A stretch of 64,000 nt of DNA from Sphyrna mokarran. Its lineage: Eukaryota. The notes below the pieces were generated by a model. It saw nothing but the letters and a program-made list of their open reading frames with translations. It did not search any database and was not told where the DNA came from. The DNA is taken from positions 57,164,001-57,228,000 of the forward strand of contig JAGIQG010000011.1 of NCBI GenBank assembly GCA_024679065.1, read 5' to 3'. This document shows, one piece after another, positions 1 to 13,134 of this stretch; the stretch's first letter is position 1; the number at the start of each line of letters is the position of its first letter. Both the position numbers and the translations under genes were made by a program.

Positions 1-349
1 GGTCTTGTGAGCAGCTGTGTGACCTTTTCTGAATGAAGGACTGTGACTGATTCCCTGCTGTGTTGTCACCCCCTTCTACTTGACCTGCTCAAGATCAACA
101 TAGATCCTGTGATCCTGTGCCTTCCCTCAAAAATTGCTGATTAATTCTTAATGAGCTGATAATATGTTTGTTAACTTCTCAGACTTAAATTGGTCACGAT
201 TTGGAATTGGGCACATTGCCAGAACCACCTCCTTTCCTCATCATTTAAGATGCTGATCATTGGAAAGGTTTCGGGAAACTGGCACAATGGCTGGTGGCAG
301 AAAATGAGATTGCTTCATTTTCACCCCCATTTGATCAGTTAAAAGCTGC

Positions 350-960
350 CCTGAGACTCTCCAACTCGGAGAAGTATCTTACTTCTATTTATTCTATCTG
401 GCTCACTTTAAAGCTTGAAAACTCCAACCAAATCACCCTTAGCCCTCTACCTTCCAATGGAATTCAACATTAGTCTGTGTAATCTCTCTCTCTGTAATTT
501 AATCCTTGGAGTCCAGGAGTCATTCTGTTAAATTTATGCTGCACTCGCTCCGAAGCCAATATAGTTTGTTTACGTTGTGATTTAAGAACTGCTTACAATA
601 CTTCAAGTGTGAGTATAACCCTTTTTTAATATATAACATGACTTCTATCCCCTTGTATTCTATACCTACATACATGGACTTCCCAGTATCTTGAGACCTT
701 CACAGTTTCTAGCTTTACAGCAATGAGAAAGAACCCTGATTACTCCTCTTTAGAAACAATGATTTCATATATGCTCACTATGAAAATCATTTGCCATTGT
801 TTTCACTTAATCCATCAAAAAGTTCTTTGTAATTTTATGTTTCTAGCTACACTGCTTAAAATGCTATTCACCTTTGTATCTTCAGCAAATTTGGATTGTA
901 ACTTCCTGTTCCATCATCTAAGTTGTTCATAAATCAAGTGATTATCAATTGGTCATAAAA
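350..960 (-). mobile_element. Highly degenerate CR1-type LINE fragment (RT/3' region)
   Basis: CR1 antisense hallmarks such as aaatcacccttagccctctaccttccaatgg, tgctgcactcgctccgaagcc, cctttgtatcttcagcaaattt (reverse of KFAxDTK); no ORF. Confidence 0.6.
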
Positions 961-1071
961 ACTTATAGGCCAAACTTCTGCCAATGCTTATCAATAGTAC
1001 TGAATGTTACCACTGCTTTCAAACTTGTACAGAGAGGAACCTTGCAGGAGACATTGCATGTATCAGATGCT

Positions 1072-1740
1072 CCATTTGCATTTCTATAGCATCTTTCACA
1101 GCCTCAGGATAATCCAAAGTGTTTTACTGCCAATGAAGTAATTTTGAGATGTTGCTATATCGGAAATATGCCGAAGTGTGCATAGCAAGCTTGCACAAAC
1201 AGCAATGTGATAAAGACCAGATAATTTACTCTTCTGATGTTGACTGAGAGATAAATGTTGATCCAGATTCCAGCATCATTTCCCTATTTTTCTTCAATGT
1301 CATGCCATAGGATCTTTTACATCCAACTGAGAGGACTGGCCCAGCCTGGGTTAGCGTCTTATCTGAAAGCTACCAGTTCCAACTGCTATCTCAAAGTGCG
1401 AAGGACCCAAGTTCAATTCCAGCCTTGGGTTATTGTCCACACGAAGTTTGCACTTTTTCCCCGTGTTTGCATGGGTTTCTTCTGAATGCTCCAGTTTCCA
1501 CCCACAGTCCAAAAATGTGTGGGTTAGGTTGATTGGCCATGATAAATAGATCTTTGTGTCAAGGGGATTAGCAGAGTAATTGTGTGGGGTTACAGGAGTA
1601 GTATCCGGATGGAATTTTGTTTGGTACAGTCTTGATGGACCAAATAGCCTACTTCTGTACTCTAGGGATTCAATGATTCTATGAGTGCAGCATTCCCTCT
1701 GTACTGGAGTATTTTTGTGTAGCATACAAGTCAAATTAAG
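1072..1740 (-). mobile_element. DeuSINE (SacSINE1/AmnSINE1-related), split by an HE1 SINE
   Basis: Reverse-complement Deu-domain motifs gccataggatcttttacatccaactgagagg...cttatctgaaag and gtgcagcattccctctgtactgg flank the HE1 insert; tail ttgcatttctatagcatctttcac. Confidence 0.7.
1371..1684 (+). mobile_element. HE1-type V-SINE
   Basis: tRNA-derived head with B-box-like gttcaattcc, V-domain gggtttcttctgaatgctccagtttccacccacagtccaaaaa, tail gattcaatgattctatga. Confidence 0.9.
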
Positions 1741-2969
1741 GATTTAACCAAAACCCTATTTCATTCTGCACTTATCTATATATGCTATAGCAGTAACACA
1801 AAGTTCCAACAGCCATAGAACTTCCTAAAATGTTTCTAAAGTAGCATGTGATAGAGAGTTTCATCACATGCCAAATGGAGAAAATTATTATTTTTCACAT
1901 TTTGTATGACATTAGAAATGTAATGTGTTTGAAAAAGTTAATTGCCTTAAGACAGAGTTCAACAAAATAAAATATCGTACATGCTGGAAATTTAAAACTA
2001 AATCAGACAATGCTGGAAATGATATGCAAATCAAGCAAATCTCTGTGGAGCGAAGTTACTAGTTAACTTTTCAGACATAATCCTTTATTGGAACTCAAAA
2101 TATTATAAATGAACAGTTTATTAAAAGGAACAGGTAAGAAGAAAGGGAACACCAGCAAAGGGATTGGTGGCATGGCCTTCAACTGTGTGCATCTCATCTT
2201 CCATGCTTCCATTTATGTCCATCTTTGAACTGTGATGGGGTCTTATTCTTCTTACCATTCACCTGACAAGACAGTGCATTCAATGAATTATCCTCCATTT
2301 CTGTCATCTCCAACATGGTTTTATCACTAAATGCCTCTCTTCCCCTTATAGCATTTTGAAGGGGGTATTTATTCTTTGGCACTTTCCACTCTTCCATACT
2401 CTTACTACCCTTCATTTCATACACCTTTCCACTCAAATGGATGAGATAACTGCCTATTCACCCACTGCCTTCATCACTCCTTCTGAATTAGATAGTGATT
2501 TACTTCCACTTCCTTCAATCAACTATACTATATTTACTAACCACAGTGCAGTTTCCTTGAGATCAAGATCAAGCAGATTAGTTGAAGGTTTTGTTGTTCT
2601 ACGTGCAGAGACAAATCTGACTCCATATAGCTTCCCACTCAATTCTCTGTCCCATTTCCACTCCGCACTTGATGTTTTACACTGTTCAACTGAAGTTCAA
2701 CACAAGATTAAGGAACTTTCTTTTTTGGCATTTTCATTGAATCATTGCACAATGCAGCATAGAAAGAGGCCATTTGGTCCATCACACCTTTACAGTTCTT
2801 GGTGCAGCTATCCACTCCCATGTTCTTTCCTTAGAGTCCTGTATTCTTTTTCCTTCATCCAGTGCTCAAATATTCTTACTGAATCTGCTTCCGCCACCCT
2901 TTCAGGATTCTAATCATAATGTTGTAGTGTTAAAAAAAAGTCTCCTCATGTCACTTCTGATTCATGTAC

Positions 2970-3215
2970 TAATGATCGATTCCAGCCTTGGGTGACTGTG
3001 TGAAGTTTGCATGTTCTCCCAAACTCTGTGTGAGTTTCCTTCAGGTGCTCTGGTTTCTTCCCACAGTCCAAGATTAGATGGATTGGCCAAGCTAAATTGC
3101 CCCTTCCTGTCAGTGGAATTGGTGGGGTAAATACCTGGGGTTAGGGGTAAGTCTGGGTAAGACTCAATGGACTGAATGGCCTTCTTCTGCATTGTAGAGA
3201 TTCTATGATTCTATG
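2970..3215 (+). mobile_element. HE1-type V-SINE, 5'-truncated
   Basis: cgattccagccttgggtgactgtgtgaagtttgcatgttctccc ... gattctatgattctatg. Confidence 0.9.
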
Positions 3216-3531
3216 GTCTTCTAACTCTGTCCTCTATTTTATTGTCCTTCTTGCTACTGAAAATTCTTTTTCCTTATCTGTAAAAGACATTCAGGATTTT
3301 GAATACTTCAATTTAATTTCTCCTCAACCTTCTTACTCCAATGAGAACAATCCCAGCTTCTCCAGTCTTTTCCTCAAAACAAAATGTCCTCATCTCTCAT
3401 ATCATTCCAGTAAATTTCTTTTGCACCCTCTCCACAACCTTGGCAGTCTTTCTAAACTCTAAATTAAACATAATGTGGGCACCATGTTAGCTCATTCAAA
3501 ATCCATTCACTTATTCAGAGTTAAAATCTAC

Positions 3532-3851
3532 AATCATAGAATCTCGACAGTGCAGAAGAAAGCCATTTGGCCCATCCAGCCTGTACAACAGCAATCCACC
3601 CAGGCCTAATCTCTGTAACGCCACATATTTCCACTACCAGCCCTCCCTAACACTAAGGGTCAATTTAGCATAGCCAATCAACCTAATCTGCACATCATTG
3701 AACTCTGGGAGTAAACCAGAGCACCCAGAAGAAATAAATGCAGACAAGGGGAGAACATAAAAATTTCACAATTTCACCCAAGGTTGGAATTGAACCCAGG
3801 TCCCTGGCGCTGTGAGGTAGCAGTTCTAACCATTGTGCCATCGTACTGTCC
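3532..3851 (-). mobile_element. HE1-type V-SINE, near full length
   Basis: aatcatagaatc tail at left, ggaattgaacccaggtccctggcgctgtgagg...aaccattgtgcca head at right. Confidence 0.9.
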
Positions 3852-5559
3852 AGCTGAGACCTAATGGGTATTTTATAAAAGGTTTAGCAGAACTTCATTG
3901 TTTTTATAATCTATTCCTCCATTAATAAAGCCTATAATCCTATACATTTTTCAATATACATCTTAACTTGGATTTGTACACATACACTATCAGGTCTCTC
4001 TCACTCACACTCCCTTTAAGATATAAGCCTCTCCTCATTATTCCCATCAAAAAGTGTCATTTCATTATTTGCTTTAAATTTCTTCTGCCTTGTATCTGCT
4101 CAATTTACTAGACTATGTCCTACTAAAGTCTGATAGTATCCTATTCATTGTTTACTATGTAACCAAGCTTTCTGTCATCTTCAACTTTAAAATTAAGCCC
4201 TGTTAGAAATTACATTCTCCACAACATAAAGATGTATCAAGAAAGCAGTGATCCTAATACTGACCGCGGGGAACATCACTGTATTTTCCTCTAGTCTCTT
4301 GTTTCAAAACAACTGTTCACTATATTTCCTGCTTCCTTATTCAATTTCACATCAATGCAATCACTGACTGCTCCCTTAATTCTTGGACTTTGGTGTGGCA
4401 AACAAATGATGGTTTGTCAAATAACTTTTGGAAGTCTAAGTGCACAAGACAACCATTCTTCCTGATCAGGCACTTTGTTACTTCATCAAAGAACTTGATC
4501 AAATCGTGTAAATACAATTTACAGTTAACAAATTTGTTTACATTCAATTGTTAGTCCATACATTTCAAATGCCAATCCTAGATTTTTGTCTCTAAATGTT
4601 TCTCCACCACTGACATTAAGTTGATTTTGTAACACTCTGACCTTAATACTCCCTTCAAAAACTTCACTTATTAACAATCTCTCATTGTCCATCTGGCAGT
4701 AGGTGCTGATGATATAGAACAGGTGCAATAGGACTTCCATGAATAGGGACTGGAGCAGGTTGAAATTTGGGATGTGTTCTCCATTGGTGCAACATTGGAT
4801 TGGCAGCTGTGGCTCTGCTATTTACCTGTCTTTTCTTTTCATCATATTCTTGAGCAACTGGTGATGTTCCACTTTACTAAGTTGTCATGCTTCTGTTCTC
4901 CAGTTCAGCCCCCAGCAATGATTATTCATTACCGTCTCTGTGTTTTGTTTTTAATTTTTGATTCCTCTCAATCTGTCTCTTTCTATCTTATGTATTAAAA
5001 TTTCTGACCATTTCCTGGTCTCCGCAAGTCAGTTGACAGATTTCCAGCTCATTTTCCCATCTTCTTCCCTCCCTCTGTCTTTCCCTCTCCCTAGCTCACT
5101 TTCTCTTCTATATTCCCTCCCCCTCAATGGAGGTTCCTCAGTTTTAAATTCATTGTTGCTCTATCTTCATTGACTGGATGACATTCCTCCCCTCATCCAC
5201 TCTCAAGCTTTGTGCTCATTAGTGCTACATTCAATGAAAATCCTTTTGACTGATCAACTACATACTTAGTATTTGGATTGTTGCTGGCACAGATAATTTA
5301 AAGATAAAGCATGAAAAAGAATTATGAATTCTTGTAGTCTCATCTGAACCTGGATTCGTTCACCAAGTTATCCCCTTGGATACTAGCTGTACATCTCACT
5401 TAGCTGTGCAAATGTTTACATTTCTCCTTCTATGTTGTGGTTATGCATAATTATTTCAACAGAATGATGCAATTGGATTAAAGAATATTGACAGGCAAAA
5501 ACGCATCTTATTGAGTTTTTTTCTCCATGCATAACAATTGTTATTGGACTTGCAGGTGA

Positions 5560-6060
5560 AGGTTCCATTTAAACTGCTTTCCTTCAAGATTTGTACATCA
5601 TATTGTGCTACTCAGTGTGAGTGCTCACAGCATCTTGGAGTTATCAAGGTTATTATTGCTGAAGAATCTTTACTAATTGAACAGCAATCCTGTCACCAAG
5701 ACAATGAGACTGAAATATTAGTTAAAGGAAGAAAGTTTGTCATGCCTTCATCATTTCTACAAGCATTCATAGAGAATATAACTTCCATGTTCCTTAAACA
5801 ACTTGATGAGGTCATTGGGACTCTTCCTGCACAGTGTGACAATTCATGAGAAGGAAATGATACATTTACTATCTCTTATCACCTTTCCCTATAAAGTTTA
5901 AACAACATAGCTATGGATGTTTCAGCTCTCAGTCCCAAAGACCTCTTCTTAACATACAGTTCTACAAAGTTTTCCATTAAAGCATCAGTAAATACGAGTC
6001 TTTTCTGTTGCTCACTCTTTTCTCCTCTTTCTCAATGCTTCTCCTTTTTCAGTAATTATG
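5560..6060. mobile_element. Possible decayed DNA-transposon protein remnants (hAT-like on +, MADF/Myb-like on -)
   Basis: + frame SFLQAFIENITSMF recalls hAT transposase helices; - frame KRLVFTDALMENFVELYVKKRSL recalls a MADF domain start; weak similarity by eye. Confidence 0.25.
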
Positions 6061-6182
6061 AACTATTCTGTTGCATCTTGCCAAAAAAATGTACTTCTTT
6101 GTTACTGATATATTCAAGAGTGGCTCAGTTGATAACATTTTTTGGAGCACTTTATTGAGTTAAGTTTTGGATTTAAGGGTTA

Positions 6183-6275
6183 AAATCTAGGCTGATGTTC
6201 CAGTGTAATACTGAAGGAGTTCTGCATTAATGAAAGTGCCAACCTTTTGGATGAATTGTTAAACCAAGACTATTG
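6183..6275 (+). mobile_element. DeuSINE Deu-domain fragment
   Basis: aatctaggctgatgttccagtgtaatactgaaggagttctgca...ttttggatgaattgttaaaccaag matches the Deu core. Confidence 0.65.
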
Positions 6276-6319
6276 TTATTGTTTTACTTCTGCTAGAGGG
6301 GAAGAAAATTGCATAACTG

Positions 6320-6606
6320 TTGGGCCTTAGTTATGCATTTCTGCCACTTATAATCATTGTGTTAATTATGCATTTCAGCTATGCACAACCATTGTGTATT
6401 ATTTGCACATTTCAGCCATACATAATCATTATGCATTGGTTCTGCATTTCAGCCGTTCATACCTATTGTGTGTTTTTAAGCATCTCAGCCATGCACAACC
6501 ATTTAGTATTGTTTACACATTTCAGCCACAAATAACCATTGTGTTAAATATGCATTTCATCCATGCATAACTATTGTGTTAAATACACATTTCAGCCATG
6601 CATAAT
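6320..6606. repeat. Degenerate minisatellite, ~35-38 bp unit, about 8 copies
   Basis: Unit approximates catttcagccatgcataaccattgtgttaaatatg, repeated head to tail with no unique spacers. Confidence 0.9.
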
Positions 6607-7685
6607 TAAACTTTGGAGGAAAGTGAAAAAAATTATTCCTAATTTAAAGAACATTGGTTACTCAAATTGGCTGAAGAATATTGGCCCATTTACTTCAAAG
6701 CCACGTAGATTTAGAAATGATCAGATAGAGGTCAACAAAATAACTGAAGAGCTGGATAGCATATCTTTTGATAAATATTCTATGTTGGATTAATGAAAAA
6801 AAGTTGGAGATTTGTTCATTGTTGCAATGTGGTGTATAATGGAGAATAAATGTTGATGCGTCAAATGGGTGTGCATACAATAGGAGACAAGCTGGTACTG
6901 AACTACAGAGATAGACCTATATAAAATTAGTGCAGCTGGTTGTGATAAACACTGTGAAATTGTGCAGGGGCAGGACCAACTTAAACAAGGTCAGAAGGCC
7001 AGACTGTCTGGGGGAAGCTAACAGCTGCAATAAATTCAAGATAGCATTGGAGTGTAGAGGACAGTTTTAAAAGAAATCCCAATTATTAGATCCTAACTTC
7101 ACAGATCAAGCTAAGCTACCGTTGTGAACAAGATTATTTTCTAAATAGCCCAGTACTATATTCATATATAAGCCTTTAATGTTGGAGTGGTTCAGTTGAC
7201 TGTAAATATTTTGGGAATTATGATATCAATTAGTTCTGACATGAAATGCGATCTTAAGATAACTGAAGTACTCAAGTAAAGAATTATGATGCAGTCAGCA
7301 ACTTCTTGGGAAAATAGTGAATGAAACAAAAATATTCTGATTTAGTAGTGGTATATTTGTTTTTGATTGCACATTAAAATACCAAGTGGTTAATGAACTA
7401 AATGTAAGAAAATATTGTTTAGACTATTCGGCAAAAGTATCTAGTGATCAGTATGTCACTTTAAATTAAGAATAAAAAGCTCCAGAATAATAATGAAATT
7501 CTGTGAACATTTTGAGCCGGCCTGAAAGGGCAGCAAATTATAGGTTTCAAGGAGCTTCATGCATGTCAATGAGTTAAAACTACAGTTGTTGACATCAGGT
7601 TGGGAAGCTGGTTTCAATCTGCTTACTTCTGTATTTTCTTCTAGCAGGTTAGACCGCATGTGTGTAATCTTTCTTAAAACTTTCT

Positions 7686-7979
7686 TCAACTACTAAAGCT
7701 ATAAAGAGTCCATTCCTGGCCCTTCAGGGCGTACATCACATCCATGGCTATCACCATTCTGAACTTGATGTGTCTGGTATTGGTCACCGAGTCCTTGATG
7801 ATGTTTTCCAGGAAAGCTTTCAGGACCATGAGGACCTCCTTGTAGATCAGCCCAGAGATGTACTTGATGCCCCCACAGTGAATCAGGCAGCGAATGGTTT
7901 CAATGTTGTCATGGAGCATTTTGTGATGCCTGGCTCTGCCTTTGCCCAGCTCTTTACCACCTTTCCCTCTACCCCACAT
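7686..7979 (-). pseudogene. H4: Histone H4 pseudogene or divergent orphan copy (open 97-aa frame)
   Basis: [26 protein letters not shown]...[13 protein letters not shown]...[14 protein letters not shown]...[20 protein letters not shown] aligns end to end with canonical H4; many CpG-type substitutions; no histone stem-loop after the stop. Confidence 0.95.
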
Positions 7980-8479
7980 GAACTGCACTGAGAGTTTGCC
8001 GATTCACGGATGAGATTCTCTGGCTATGTTCACTCATAAACCAGAGAATCCCACCCGAAATCAAAGGACCTTTACGTGGTCCACCCCTCATGCACTACAA
8101 TTTCTATATGAGACTTAACTGCTTAATTAGAATGATATTGACACTGATATTTCACTTTAACTTTGGTTCCTGGAACTTGCCAAGGAAAGCAAGGTTACAA
8201 GACAGCCAACAATTGAGGGACTGAAATAATTGTGGGGAAATATTCCAGTTTAACACTCAGTACACACACCAGATTTCTTAGCCACTTACAGGAAAGGAAA
8301 GTACTTTCACTGGAAGTTTACTTTACAAACATTGGAGGAATCTTAAACATTCTGGAAGGTGGGAGATCTGATCTATCCAGTAGTGATGGTATGAGCACCA
8401 GCAACAATGCCAATAGTGTAGCAATGGACTAGTCACATACCTGCAGCTCCACAAAAGACAAGAGTAGAGCAAAATGCAA

Positions 8480-9420
8480 CCACTTGCAGAGGAAGGAGAT
8501 TTTGTGATATGACAAAACACTAGTGTCTTTAGGGTGTTGTGTTATGTGCTGGCAGGCATTTTCAGCTTGCTGCAACAAGATCTATAGGCAGCTGGAACTG
8601 GTGGTTATATTTTACCCGTGGTTGCCTAAGTTACCACCATCCTGAATGTTTTTGCCTCTACATCCTTTGAGGTTCTGCCAAACACAGGTGCAGAGTCTTC
8701 CAGTTGGCAATGCACAATTGCACAGACAAGAATTTGCTAGCAATTATGCCAACTTTGTCTGTGATTATGCCGCTCAGAATGATTGGGTGCTTAGACCTGC
8801 AACTCCTGCGGATTTCCCACACAGATATAACATCATCAACAGCACACACATGGAAATTAAGGCACTCATAGATCATGTTGGAGTATTCATTTACTGCAAG
8901 GGTGTCCACTCCATTAAAGTACGATTGATGTGCAACCACAGAAAGATCTTCATACACATGTGTGCAAGATAGATACCATTATCTTGTTGTCATGCAGCAG
9001 TCCACCCTTCCAAACATCTCTGCACCTGGAAGCAGACTTAACTGCTGGATGTCCAGAGTCAAGAGACTCAGTTAAAATGTAGCTGATGACACCTCTTAGT
9101 AACCCAATAACTACATTGAAAGTCATCTGAGCCTCGATATGTCACCAGTCAAGCAATCAAAATGTATGAGATGTGTTTCAGGTAATGGGGCAAATCTTGA
9201 GGTGCTGTTCAGTAAGCAATAGTCAGGGCCACCAGCATGGTTACGGTATGCTGCACTCTGGACAACATTGCTCAATAATGAAATTTGGTTCCACAGAGCA
9301 GAAAGTCTCTTTGGAGAATGCCAAAGAGGAGAAAGATAAGCATGAAGATCAGAGGATGGAAGCTAATGAGGGCAATGCATCATGAACTGTGTTCATTGCT
9401 GCATGTCTTTGCATTCATCA
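8480..9420 (+). mobile_element. Harbinger/PIF DDE transposase remnant (HARBI1-like)
   Basis: INSTHMEIKA...VFIYCKGVHSIKVRLMCNHRKIFIHMCAR resembles IDCTHVAIKA...NRKGFHSLNVQLVCDH...VCAR; downstream LMTPLSNP motif; stops and frameshifts. Confidence 0.85.
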
Positions 9421-9769
9421 TCAAACAATTGAAAAACCAGGTCAGGCTAGTCAATCAATAACCAAGAATGGCCAATACATGCAAAGCAATATTTATGCAA
9501 TTCTTCATTGCATCAAATGAAGAAAAGATAGCTAACAGTGTAAAATGTGTAGCACACCCATGTGCACACCCTCATGTAACTACAAATCTTTGTTTTTCCT
9601 TTTGCTGTTGCTTCTTTGTGTACAACCCCTATGGATTCAGCAGTTGTTGAATCAGGGGGCTTATACCCCTGCTCTGACTGCTGAATTGCTCTTGGCTGAC
9701 ATTCTCTGGGTTTTGGATATATTACCTTCATGACTTTTCCCTACCCTTTCTCTGTAATCTCCTTCAACC

Positions 9770-9960
9770 CCACAACCTGCTGGATATCCACTCTCTCTTA
9801 AATCCATCCTGTAATGCAATCCCATTCACAATTGCTCTACTTTTGGTTGCTGTGCCTTCAGTTGCCCAAGTCCCAAGCTTTGGACTTCATTTACATCTCT
9901 TTGTCTCTCATCTGCACCTTATTCTTTGAAGACACTTCTTGAAACCCACATTTTACTTGA
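9770..9960 (+). mobile_element. L2-type LINE 3' end fragment
   Basis: gctgtgccttcagttgcccaagtcccaagctttgg...ctttgaagacacttcttgaaacccac resembles the L2 terminus (AFS...LW...FKTLLKT). Confidence 0.6.
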
Positions 9961-10240
9961 GTTAATCAGGAGGAACTGGCAGCATGAACCATGACACAGA
10001 TTTAAGACAATTCTCCCAGCATCTTGTATGAAAGATCTGGCAGTTTTCATAGCCTTTAACAAGAGTGATGTTGTACAAAGATGAACACTACTTCCAATTC
10101 TGGTTTGAATTACTTCTTCTGTGAGCCTCTCCATTGAGAAGGGCACTGTTATATATTAATACTAATTCTCCCTAACTCCACTAAGTTATGTGTATTAATA
10201 TATTCATGTATTCACTGGAAGTGACTTCACTGGTCACTAG

Positions 10241-10308
10241 CAATTTTCCAGTATACAACAGGTCAATTTTCCAGTATACAACAGGTCAATTTTCCAGAAT
10301 ACAACAGG
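10241..10308. repeat. Tandem repeat, 23-bp unit x3
   Basis: caattttccagtatacaacaggt repeated three times almost perfectly. Confidence 0.95.
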
Positions 10309-10514
10309 CACAACGCAACCCAAGGCCTGTATCGCAGCAGTCTGAGCATGCATTCACACCAGAGCCTAGCACTAACAATAAGATCTCAATTGATAAAAGC
10401 TGCACAGCAAATAGGCCCAGAACAGATAACAATTTTGAGGATGTGGAATATTATCCTGTGTCTGAAACATGTAGAATGTAGACTCCTCCATTGCTATCGC
10501 TATGTTGCAATTAC

Positions 10515-10682
10515 TTTTAGACACATCAGCTGATAGCTGTCACATTCTATCCTGCTCAGCATGCTGTAGGATCCCTGTCTGTGCTGCTGGGGGAGGCACT
10601 CTTTTTCAAAGAGGGCTGTCTGCTTCCTGAATTCTGGTGCTCAGCGATATTCACAACTGTGCTGCCTCAGACTATATTTATA
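10515..10682 (-). other. Candidate internal exon of the minus-strand transcript
   Basis: Acceptor ttattgttttcAG and donor AAA/gtaatt bracket 168 nt of unique sequence; stops in all three frames, so it cannot continue the leader ORF. Confidence 0.15.
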
Positions 10683-11324
10683 CTGAAAACAATAAATGCT
10701 TAGTCGGGTTATATATTTCAGGGTTTAAATAACCAGCTTCATCTAGATAGGGAGATCATCAGAGTTGCATTTTCTGTAACACTAACAGGGACAGAGGTGG
10801 ATGATAAATTCTCTGTTCACTGTACACTTCATTATCTCTCTCAAGTTACATGACCGCAGCTCTATTGCCCTTTCCTCCAATGTGATAATTTCTTGTATTG
10901 TGACAGATCCTGCCCCTTCATTCTGTTAAGGGCTGTTTATTCTTGCACAGAAAGCTGAGACTCTCATAACTGACTGCAAGTCATTACCCCGACAATATGA
11001 ACTGTTCCTTTGTAAGGACATTAAAAGATTCCAACCAGTTTAGGTTTGAACCCTTACTTTAGGCAGAAATGAATCATACAAGGTATTCTGGTGAAACACA
11101 GGGCTGAGTTTCCAGGAAATTGGATAATCGATGGGAAAAGCCCCATTGATTCTCTGCCGTTTGGTTCTCCACTTAGAAAAAAAATCAGAAAGGAGCAGGT
11201 CTCATGTATGGCTAGTAGGGTGGCCTCTGATTTGCCTGTGCTGTCCCCAAATTATCGGGGACACCCTTTTTAAAGGCTGCACTAGGTTAAGGGTTCAGCC
11301 TTACTCAAATAAGCCTCTCACTCA

Positions 11325-11850
11325 TTGACACCGTCTACACTACCTGTTGCTTCAGAAAAGCAGCCATCATAATTAAGAACCCCATGCAACCTGGACATAC
11401 TTTCTTTCACCTTCTTCCATCAGACAAAAGATATAAAAGTCTGAGGACATGTACCAACTAACTCAAGAACAGCTTCTTCCCACTGTCCTCAGACTTTTGA
11501 ATGGACCTACCTCACTTAAGTTGATCTTTCTCTATAACCCAGCTATAACTGTAATGCGACATTCTGCACTCTCCCCTTTCCTTCTCTATGAACGATATGC
11601 TTTGCCTGTACAGTGTGCGAGAAAAAATACTTTTCACAATAGGCTAACACATGTTTATAGTGAGTTTTAAGAGACATCATGATAAGTACATTAACAGGAT
11701 GGGAATAGAAGGATATGGTCCCGGGAAAGGTAGGGGATTTTAGTTTAGTCAGGAGCATGGGTTGATGCAGCTTAGAGGGCCAAAGAGACTGCTCTTGTGT
11801 TGTAATTTTCTTTGATCTTTATTCTTATGTGGCAATAATAAATCAAATCA
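11325..11850 (+). mobile_element. Rex1/Babar LINE 3' end, interrupted by a CR1 tail (~11655-11826)
   Basis: Near-identical to the 41040-41600 copy (aaaagatataaaagtctgagg...cagacttttgaatggac); tail caataataaatcaaatca resumes after the CR1 piece. Confidence 0.8.
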
Positions 11851-12527
11851 CACGTTTGGCTTTTCTCACGAGATTTTTTGCTCCCGTTGCCAAACCCACC
11901 CTTGCAATAGGGAGCAGAACATCCCAACCACAGTAACCTTTTTATTGAACACAGGGTGAATTAGTAATTGAATAACACTCTCATTCAAGTCTTTGAGTTT
12001 GCCTTTACTGAGCAACAGACTCTTGTCTATTAAGCTCTTGTGTCTTCTGATGGTTGACTAGATCAACTGTTCTCAACTACAGGCCCAATTTCTGGAGTAG
12101 CCTTGACCTACGTAGACCTTCTTGCCTTTTGCAGGTCTCTCCTATTGCCTATTTGCCTGATGGGACAATCCCTCTTTTCTTACTTGATTTTATTATTTGA
12201 TTCTCCTCTCAGCCCATCCTCACTGAGCACATGTTCAGATTCTCCAACTAGCCCCCTTCCTTTGTTTCGGTCACTGCAGTTTGTTGGAACAATTAGCTTT
12301 GAAATGCCTGCATGTTCAGCAGAGCACTCCTTATTTTGGCCTCTGTTGTCCTTGTCTAAGGCTTGTAATTGACGGCTCCAGCTCTGACTGTCCCATTAGC
12401 TGGGTCTGTGGTTACATTGTTACAAATAAACAAGAAAGAGTTTCTGTGACCACAATGTTCTATTAGTAACAGAAAAATCTAATCAATTTGACATTGAATC
12501 CCTTCCATTTTACCCATTAGAACTTAG

Positions 12528-12847
12528 CATTATAGAATCCCAATAATATAGAAAGAGGCCATTTGGCCCATTGAGTCTGCTCTGATAACAATCCCACAAA
12601 GGCCCGCAACTCTATGTATTTACCTTGTTAATTTCCCTGACACTAAAGAACAAGTTAGCACTGCGAATCCACCTAACCTGCACATCTTTAGATGGTGGGA
12701 GAACACCAGAGCACCAGAGGAAACCCATGGAAAGACAGGGAGAACATGCAAACACGAAACAGACTGTCACCTGACGCCGGAATTGACCCAAGTCTCTGGC
12801 ACTGTGAGGAAGCTATACTAACCACTATGCCACTGTGCCACTGTGCC
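12528..12847 (-). mobile_element. HE1-type V-SINE
   Basis: atagaatccc tail, ccacctaacctgcacatctt, ggaattgaccc...accactatgccactgtgcc head. Confidence 0.9.
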
Positions 12848-13134
12848 CCCCCCCATTTGTAAAATCACAGTCCTTATAAATCTTATCAATTATAATTAAG
12901 CCATTAATAAGTATAAAATAGTAGCATTATGAAGCATGAAAGGTATGGTAACTGTCTTGACTCTGGCCTACACTTTTACGCCTTCATCTATTGCAAGGAA
13001 AAGGTAGCACTGCTTTACTATTCATTTATATATTAGATACTTAAAGTACTAATGCAGAGTGCTGTGGCTTGTAACCAATGAATTAATCCTATATAGATAT
13101 AAGATTGTATCATGTTTACATTATGTTATCAGAT

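Larger units (their letters stand above)
2740..4620 (-). mobile_element. CR1-type LINE 3' portion, interrupted by two HE1 SINEs
   Basis: 3' tail agaaagaggccatttggtcc at left, then CR1 antisense RT motifs (ctttgttacttcatcaaagaac, aacttttggaagtctaag; ORF 4347-4547 reads IKFFDEVT...VHLDFQKLFDK). Confidence 0.75.

Noticed and set aside
2356-2913. 185-aa ORF, the longest in the track
   Set aside because: Non-ATG start, pyrimidine-rich composition, runs into an antisense CR1 tail, no recognisable domain
6320-6606. CRISPR-like periodicity (~36 bp)
   Set aside because: Units are contiguous and diverged with no unique spacers, there are no cas genes, and the context is vertebrate
7627-7645. Strong minus-strand donor GAA/gtaagc just downstream of the H4 copy
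   Set aside because: No convincing polypyrimidine acceptor upstream, so an exon cannot be supported
10241-10308. 23-bp direct repeats as a mini array
   Set aside because: Simple head-to-tail triplication without spacers
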